DNA of 64,000 nucleotides, taken from NCBI GenBank assembly GCA_020723005.1, contig DYJS01000001.1, positions 25,951-89,950 of the forward strand. Reading direction: 5' to 3'. Below the pieces are notes generated by a model. That model worked only from the letters and a program-made list of their open reading frames with translations, was not told the origin of the DNA and searched no databases. The position numbers and the translations under genes were made by a program. This stretch comes from Candidatus Methylomirabilis sp. (GTDB lineage Bacteria; Patescibacteriota; DYJS01). Position 1 is the stretch's first letter; each line of letters begins with the position of its first letter. This document shows positions 58,433 through 64,000 of this stretch, in pieces.

Positions 58433-59559
58433 TGAAAATTTTTAGAAAAAAATTTTTGTATTTAGTTTTTATATTTTTCTTTTTATCTTCTTTTTTTGAT
58501 TTAAATGAAAAAAAAGTTTCTGGAATAAAAGTTTTTTTCAAAGATAGTTTTTATAATTGTGAATATAATTTTTCTGAAAAAAAATTTATTACTTGTGAAA
58601 ATTTTAATTCTTCGGAATATAAATTTGATGCAGAAAAAAATATAGTTCGGAATTTTATCTCTCTTGAGATTGATTTTGATGAAGATGTTTTTTTAGTTGA
58701 TACTTGGAGTGGAACAATTTCAGAAATTTTAATTTCTTTAGGCTTTAGAAATTTAGATCTTATTAAAATAGAACCAAATTTAAATGAATTTATTTTTGAA
58801 AATAAAAAAATTCAAATCAATTCTTTAAATGAAGTTTTTTTGAATGGAGAAAAAAAAATAGTTTCTTCAAAAACTATTAAAGAGTCTTTAAAAGAGATAG
58901 GTTTTTCAGAAGATGAGATTTTAAAATTTTCAACATATCCAGAAAAAAATTCAAAAATTTTTAACGGAATGAAGATTTTTATGTATCAGTCATCCTCAAA
59001 CGAAATTATTGAAGAAGAGATTTTAAAGTTCGAGGAGAAAATAATTTATGATTCAACGATTTCTGAAGGGGTTCAAAAGATTTTATCTGAAGGGCAGAAT
59101 GGATTAAAAGTTAAAAAATATAAAATTAGCGAAGAGAATGGGGAAGTTATTTCAAAAGATCTTATTTCAGAAAAGATTGAAATTGAAAAGATTGATAGAA
59201 AAATTTTAATTGGAACAAAAAAAAAGGAAAGTAAGGAGGATAGTAAATTTTACATAGGAAAAGCAACTTGGTATGGTTGGAAAGGTCCAGATGGAACTTG
59301 GGAGTATCAAGATTATAATAAAAATCTTCCAAGTAGCGATTGGTATGGATTTGGATGTGCAAGTAGAGATTATCCAAAAGGGACAAAGCTTCTTGTAACA
59401 AATCTTGCAAATTCAAAAAGTATGATTTGTATGGTGAATGATTATGGTCCAGAAATAAATGAAAATGATCCTAGGATTATAGATTTATCACAAACAGGGT
59501 TTTCTCAAATAGCAAATTATAGATTAGGAAAAATAAATGTTCGTGTGGAAGAAGCATAA
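58429..59559 (+). CDS. G5-domain / RlpA-like double-psi beta-barrel (lytic transglycosylase-like) protein
   Basis: The C-terminus GKATWYGWKGPDG...GTKLLVTNLANSKSMICMVNDYGPEINENDPRIIDLSQTGFSQIA fits the RlpA DPBB fold. An upstream G5-like segment is present. A 4-nt overlap joins it to the M23 gene. Confidence 0.65.
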   Translation: MMKIFRKKFLYLVFIFFFLSSFFDLNEKKVSGIKVFFKDSFYNCEYNFSEKKFITCENFNSSEYKFDAEKNIVRNFISLEIDFDEDVFLVDTWSGTISEILISLGFRNLDLIKIEPNLNEFIFENKKIQINSLNEVFLNGEKKIVSSKTIKESLKEIGFSEDEILKFSTYPEKNSKIFNGMKIFMYQSSSNEIIEEEILKFEEKIIYDSTISEGVQKILSEGQNGLKVKKYKISEENGEVISKDLISEKIEIEKIDRKILIGTKKKESKEDSKFYIGKATWYGWKGPDGTWEYQDYNKNLPSSDWYGFGCASRDYPKGTKLLVTNLANSKSMICMVNDYGPEINENDPRIIDLSQTGFSQIANYRLGKINVRVEEA

Positions 59560-59684
59560 TTTATTTAAAATAAATTTTTATCTAGTTTCTTAAAATATTT
59601 ATTCGTTGAAAAATTTAGTTTATATTGAGTTAAAATTTAAAATAAAAAAATTTAAAAAATCTATTTTTAAACTTAAAAATCTTT

Positions 59685-61331
59685 TTAATTTAAATTTTTT
59701 CTCATATCTTCAATAATAAAATCAACTTTTTCTTTTCCATTAAATTGCGAAATTTTCAAACTAACTAAAATATCAAAACTTCCATTTGGTGAAAAAAAAT
59801 CAGGAAAATTAAAAAAAATTCCAACAAATCTTATTTTATTTTTTGAAAAAAATTGAACTCTCATATGTTTTGAATCTTTTCCAACTATTGAAAAAGATTC
59901 AATTTGTAAATTTTTTATCAAGAATTTTGGTTCAGAATTTTCAAAACCGAAAGGTTCAAATTTTTCAAAATTTTTAACAAAATTTATTAAATTTTTTTCA
60001 TCAAAATCAATAATTTCTGCATCAACAGGAATTGTTTTTGGAATATTTTTAAAATTTTTAGAGATTTCATTTTTTAGAGCTAAAAAAACTTCATCTTTTT
60101 TCTTTTTTTCAAAGACAAAACCACCAGCTTTTTTATGACCACCACCAGAAATAAGTGAATTTTTTATATTGTGCAAAGTTTCTGCTAAATCAATTTGTCC
60201 CATGCTTCTTGCAGAACCGATGCAAAATTCTTCATTTTCTTCAAAAATAAAAGAGGGAAGATTTGTTTTTTCCATCATTCTTGAAGCAACAATTCCAACA
60301 ATTCCTCTTGAAAAATCTTGACTACCAAAAAAAATAAATTTTTCATTTTTTTGATCAAAATTTTCTAAAATTTTTTGTACAGCTTCTTCTGTTTTTTTTT
60401 GTCTTTTTTTGTTTTCTTCACTTAAAAATTTTGCCAAAATTTCTACCTCTTCTTGATTTTCAGAGATTAAAAGTTTTAAACTTTTTTCTGGAGAATCCAT
60501 TCTTCCAGTTGCATTTATTTTTGGTCCAAGTACAAATCCTAAATGATAATTTGTAATTTTTGGAATTGCAACTTCATCATTTTTTTTGAAAGAAATTTTC
60601 AAAAGTTCATCAATTCCAAGATTTTTTCCAACAAAATTTTTTAATCCTTTTCGAACAATTTGCCAATTTTCATATTTCATTGGAGCAACATCACAAGTTG
60701 TTCCAGTTGAAGCAAGAACAAATAGTTCGTCTAGAAAATTTTGATCTAAAATATTTTTTTTCTCTAAAATATATATTGCAAGTTTTAGAGCTAATCCACT
60801 AGTCACCAAATTCTTTGTTTCTATAAAATTATTTTTAAATTTTGGATTGCAAATAATTGCATTTTTTGAAAGTGAGTTTTCGTCTGGTTCATGATGGTCT
60901 AAAACTAAAATTTTTTTTGAAATTTTTGAAATCTCTTCAAATTTTAAAAATTCATTTGTTCCACAATCTAGTGTCAAAAAAATTGTTTCAGGATCAAGCT
61001 TTTCAATTGTTTTAGAAAGGTTTATACCGTAACCACCACCAAAACGATTTGGCAAGATTATCTCTGAAAAAATTCCAATTTTTTTTAATGTTTTATGTAA
61101 AATTGCACTTGAGCAAATTCCGTCTACATCATAATCTCCATGAATTAAAACTTTTTTTCCAGAGATAATTTCATCTCCAATTTTTTTTAGATTTGGAACT
61201 TCAAGATTTACAAAATTTTCATCTTCAAGCTCTCTAAATTCATTTTTATTTTCAAAAATTTTTAAATCTAAAAGTGGAAGATTTTTCTTATTTCTTGCAA
61301 TCCAAATGTTTTTTTTGATAGAAATTTGCAT
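59685..61331 (-). CDS. recJ: Single-stranded-DNA-specific exonuclease RecJ
   Basis: DHH family motifs: VLIHGDYDVDGICSSAIL, LDCGTN, VLDHHEP and DHHA1-type GGGHKKAGG. Confidence 0.8.
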   Translation of the reverse strand: MQISIKKNIWIARNKKNLPLLDLKIFENKNEFRELEDENFVNLEVPNLKKIGDEIISGKKVLIHGDYDVDGICSSAILHKTLKKIGIFSEIILPNRFGGGYGINLSKTIEKLDPETIFLTLDCGTNEFLKFEEISKISKKILVLDHHEPDENSLSKNAIICNPKFKNNFIETKNLVTSGLALKLAIYILEKKNILDQNFLDELFVLASTGTTCDVAPMKYENWQIVRKGLKNFVGKNLGIDELLKISFKKNDEVAIPKITNYHLGFVLGPKINATGRMDSPEKSLKLLISENQEEVEILAKFLSEENKKRQKKTEEAVQKILENFDQKNEKFIFFGSQDFSRGIVGIVASRMMEKTNLPSFIFEENEEFCIGSARSMGQIDLAETLHNIKNSLISGGGHKKAGGFVFEKKKKDEVFLALKNEISKNFKNIPKTIPVDAEIIDFDEKNLINFVKNFEKFEPFGFENSEPKFLIKNLQIESFSIVGKDSKHMRVQFFSKNKIRFVGIFFNFPDFFSPNGSFDILVSLKISQFNGKEKVDFIIEDMRKNLN

Positions 61332-61381
61332 TAAAAATTTTTATGTATAAAAAATTCACGAAAATTTTCTAAACAAAAAAA

Positions 61382-61951
61382 ATGGAAAACAAAGACGAAA
61401 AAAAGAAATTAAAACTTCTGAATGGACTTATTTCATCAATAGAGGGAGAGCTGGAGAGTGCAAAAAAAATTTTAGCAGAAATTTTGTCTTCAGAGAATAT
61501 TTCTGAAACTTTCAAAATAGATTTAAATGAAAATTTTGAAAATTCATCTTCTTCGGGTGCTTTTTCTAATAATTCTGTAGATGAAAATTCTATTTTTGGA
61601 ATTTTTGTTGGAAATTCAATTAAAGCAGAAAATGGCCAAACTTATCCTGTAAATGCAAATTATGCAAGTAAGTCTCGTCTTGTGTATGGAGATAAACTAA
61701 AGTTGATTGTTAAAAGTGATGGAAAAATGGTTTTTAAACCTGTAAATTTAGTTGAGAGAAAGTGGGTGATTGGTGAATTGATTCAAGAAAATGGAGAGTA
61801 TAAAGTTATTTGTGAAAATTCGGTTTTTGATGTTTTATTTGCAAGTGTCACATTTTATAAAGCAAAACCTGGTGATAAACTTTCAATAATTTTGCCAAAA
61901 GATGGAAAAAGTCCTTTTGCAACGATTGATTCAATTCTACCAAATACATAA
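61382..61951 (+). CDS. Hypothetical protein
   Basis: 189 aa. The N-terminus is helical, the middle is low-complexity, and the C-terminal half is beta-rich. No family recognised. Confidence 0.4.
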   Translation: MENKDEKKKLKLLNGLISSIEGELESAKKILAEILSSENISETFKIDLNENFENSSSSGAFSNNSVDENSIFGIFVGNSIKAENGQTYPVNANYASKSRLVYGDKLKLIVKSDGKMVFKPVNLVERKWVIGELIQENGEYKVICENSVFDVLFASVTFYKAKPGDKLSIILPKDGKSPFATIDSILPNT

Positions 61952-62155
61952 TTTAGATTTTTTGATTCTTTCAGAAAGGGAATATTTTGAATTGTTTTTT
62001 TATCATTTTAGCTTTTTTTATCTTAAATAGAGGGTTAAGAACCTATATTTTTTGATTTTTATTTTTGAAAATGAAATTAGAAGTTTTTGATTAAATAAAT
62101 TTTTTCTCTTTACAAATAAAAATTTGTTTTTAGAAATTCTTTGCAGAAAATCAGA

Positions 62156-62227
62156 TGCGAGATAGAGCAGAGGCAGCTCGCCGGGCTCATAACCCGGAGG
62201 TCGTTAGTTCGAATCTAACTCTCGCAA
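62156..62227 (+). tRNA. tRNA-Met (anticodon CAT), possibly initiator-type
   Basis: Cloverleaf: acceptor stem TGCGAGA/TCTCGCA, D-arm GAGC/GCTC, anticodon stem CCGGG/CCCGG with loop CTCATAA, T-loop TTCGAAT. The 3' CCA is not encoded. Three consecutive G:C pairs close the anticodon stem. Confidence 0.85.
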
Positions 62228-62364
62228 CAAGAGAAAATAATTTTTTAAATTTTTTAAGAAATTCGTTTTTAAAAAAAATTTTTAAAAATTTCGAATTTAC
62301 TTTTGCAAATTTAATTAAAAATTTTAGTTTTTAAAAAAATTAGAAATTATTTTTTAAAACAAAA

Positions 62365-63058
62365 ATGCTTGTAGTAAATTCTATTTCAAAACATATTGAC
62401 ACAGATTTGATTTTTCAAAATGTAATTTTTTAATTTCAAAAGGAGATAAAATTGCTCTGATTGGAAAAAATGGGGTAGGGAAAACGACACTTTTAAAAAT
62501 TTTATCAGAAATTGAATTGCCAGATTTATCAGAAAAAAACTTTTAGAAAAAATAAAAAACCTTTAAATTTCTCTACAGTAACACTTTCTCAAGAGGGATT
62601 TAATTCAAAACAAAAAGTTTTGATTTTATTTATGGAGAAAACAAAGAGAGAATTTTTTGGGAACAAAAAGTTTTTGAGCTTAAAAGAATTCTTAAAAAAA
62701 GTTATTTTGAAAAATTTATGAATGATTTGATTGATGCTGAAAGAAATTTAGCAAAAAATTCTGATGAAATTTTTTCTTCTAAAATTGAAAAGATTTTTGA
62801 ACTAACTGGAATTTCGGAAAAAATTTTATTTTCTGAAATTGATTCACTTTCTGGTGGAGAAAAACAAAGTTAAAGTTGATGAAAATTTTACTTACTTTTT
62901 CAAATTTTTTGATTCTTGATGAGCCAACAAATCACCTTGATCTTTTTTCTATTCAAGAGTTGGAAAATTTTTGTAAAAAATTTTCAGGGTTAATTCTTGC
63001 AGTGAGTCATGATGATGATGATGATTTTGAGAAGATTGGGAAGTCTGTGAAATTATAA
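62365..63058 (+). pseudogene. ABC transporter ATP-binding protein pseudogene with multiple stops and frameshifts
   Basis: Fragments across three frames: MLVVNSISKHIDTDLIFQNVIF*, Walker A ALIGKNGVGKTTLLKIL, signature LSGGEKQ, then Walker B/H-loop ILILDEPTNHLD...VSHD in the 62876..63058 ORF. Confidence 0.55.
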
Positions 63059-63115
63059 ATCAATTTTACAAATTTTGTTTTCTTTTTAAAAAATTTTTGG
63101 AATTAAAATTTTTCT

Positions 63116-63745
63116 ATGAAAAATTTTGGAAATCTAAAGTATATTTTTATTGGTGGAGTATTTTCAATAATTTTAATTGTTTCTGCACTTTTTGTTTTTG
63201 GTGAAAAATCTGAAGAGAAAAAAGAAAATAATGCTAAATCTTCTGAAGAGAATAAAATTATTAAAGACAAAAAAGAAGAAGATGAAGTTGAAAAATTAGA
63301 AGAAGTTTCAGAAACTTTTTTTGAAAGAGAAAAAATTAAAGAAGAAGAGAAGGGGAATGAGAATACCAATGAAAATTTATCTAAAAATGGTACAAAAAAA
63401 GATAGTAAATCTGAAAATCAATTAGTTGTTTCGTTAAACGATGCAATGAGTATAGTTGGAAAAAAATTTTTCTTTTACAATGGAGAAATTGAAAGTGGAG
63501 AAGCTGCAAAAATTTCTGGAGCAAAAGATGAAAAGTATTTGCTTTTTATGAATATGGAATCTGGAAGATTTTATTTGATCTCTTACGAAAATTTTAAAAA
63601 ATGGAGCGAAGAGAAAAAAATTCCTTCCAAACTGGAAGTTGCAACAGTAATATATGAAGCAAATATTAAAACAGTTGGAGATTTGATGAGGTCTTCAGAC
63701 GGAATTGAATATTATGAAATTTTAAATTTAGAATCTATGAAATAA
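63116..63745 (+). CDS. Membrane-anchored hypothetical protein with a K/E-rich linker
   Basis: N-terminal TM, a charged low-complexity region, then a globular C-terminal domain. Confidence 0.4.
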   Translation: MKNFGNLKYIFIGGVFSIILIVSALFVFGEKSEEKKENNAKSSEENKIIKDKKEEDEVEKLEEVSETFFEREKIKEEEKGNENTNENLSKNGTKKDSKSENQLVVSLNDAMSIVGKKFFFYNGEIESGEAAKISGAKDEKYLLFMNMESGRFYLISYENFKKWSEEKKIPSKLEVATVIYEANIKTVGDLMRSSDGIEYYEILNLESMK

Positions 63746-63746
63746 T

Positions 63747-64000
63747 TTGCAAAATTTTTTAGAATTTGAAAAATCTGGTTTAAAAATTGAGAGAAAAAAT
63801 TTTGGAATATCTTTTTGGGTTTCTGTTCGTCCAAGATCTCCTGAAACAAAAATTTTGAAGATTGAAAATGAAGTTTTAAAAATCTCTCTTAAAAGCTTAC
63901 CAACTGAAAATCTTGCAAATATAGAACTGATAAAATTTTTGAAAAAAGAGTTTGGTTTTCAAAATGTAGAAATTGTAATTGGAAAAACCTCCAAAAAAAA
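63747..64000 (+). CDS. DUF167 (YggU-like) protein, 3'-partial at the window edge
   Basis: TTG-start frame reading ...ISFWVSVRPRSPETKILKIENEVLKISLKSLPTENLANIELIKFLKKEFGFQNVEIVIGKTSKK, matching the DUF167 pattern. Confidence 0.5.
   Translation, partial: MQNFLEFEKSGLKIERKNFGISFWVSVRPRSPETKILKIENEVLKISLKSLPTENLANIELIKFLKKEFGFQNVEIVIGKTSKK

Noticed and set aside
63103-63369. 88-aa minus-strand ORF
   Set aside because: It is antisense to the 63116..63745 membrane protein ORF and serine-rich from a T/C-rich antisense frame.
1-64000. Alternative genetic code (UGA = Gly/Trp, as in SR1/Gracilibacteria or Mollicutes)
   Set aside because: TGA terminates the 1351..2064 ORF, and very long ORFs (IleRS, TopA, the 1099-aa surface protein) are uninterrupted under code 11. 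The mur and ftsW peptidoglycan genes also argue against Mollicutes.
1-64000. CRISPR arrays, integrases, transposases or prophage genes
   Set aside because: No repeat-spacer periodicity and no recombinase or transposase-like ORFs were seen. The only repeats are SSRs and intragenic duplications.

Overview
This 64-kb window is very AT-rich and gene-dense. It looks like a small, reduced bacterial genome, and I infer a CPR/Patescibacteria-type organism from three things: lysine-rich tails on ribosomal proteins L1 and S1, tandem small VirB2/TrbC-like pilin genes, and a thin metabolism with few biosynthetic genes. The standard genetic code applies: TGA ends a gene at 2064, and very long ORFs such as IleRS, TopA and a 1099-aa surface protein are intact.

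I can support about 60 protein genes:
- translation and replication housekeeping: pheT, aspS, serS, ileS, topA, recJ, greA, der, mnmA, map, an archaeal-type cmk, dcd, rplA, rpsA, recX
- cell envelope: a MurE-like Mur ligase, MurG-like GT28, FtsW/RodA, GH18, M23 peptidase, a G5/RlpA protein, GT2, GT4 and GT83 glycosyltransferases, MscS, S2P and HtpX proteases, SPFH
- an ECF sigma factor with a putative anti-sigma partner
- one tRNA-Met (CAT) with initiator-like features

Beyond the ORF track I found four decayed genes: a NUDIX hydrolase, a P-loop kinase, an ABC ATPase, and a possibly frameshifted GT83 glycosyltransferase.

The most unusual signal is a roughly 40-nt promoter/leader element, CTCTTGACTTC-(TC)n-TA(A/G)AATCAAAYTTCAAGAAG, present three times. 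The (TC)n tract sits between -35-like and -10-like hexamers and differs in length between copies (7, 7 and 4 units). One copy heads the ECF sigma operon. This suggests a small co-regulated set of genes, possibly subject to slipped-strand switching.

Other points worth a look:
- two exported proteins with noncanonical xTG + TM + basic-tail C-termini, which could be sortase-type sorting signals
- intragenic identical repeats in a threonine-synthase-like gene and in mnmA
- a GC-rich intergenic island at 28985-29070 that may be a structured RNA
- a 760-bp ORF-free stretch at 39927-40688
- a translationally coupled three-gene hydrolase module (exported protein, coiled-coil M23, G5/RlpA)
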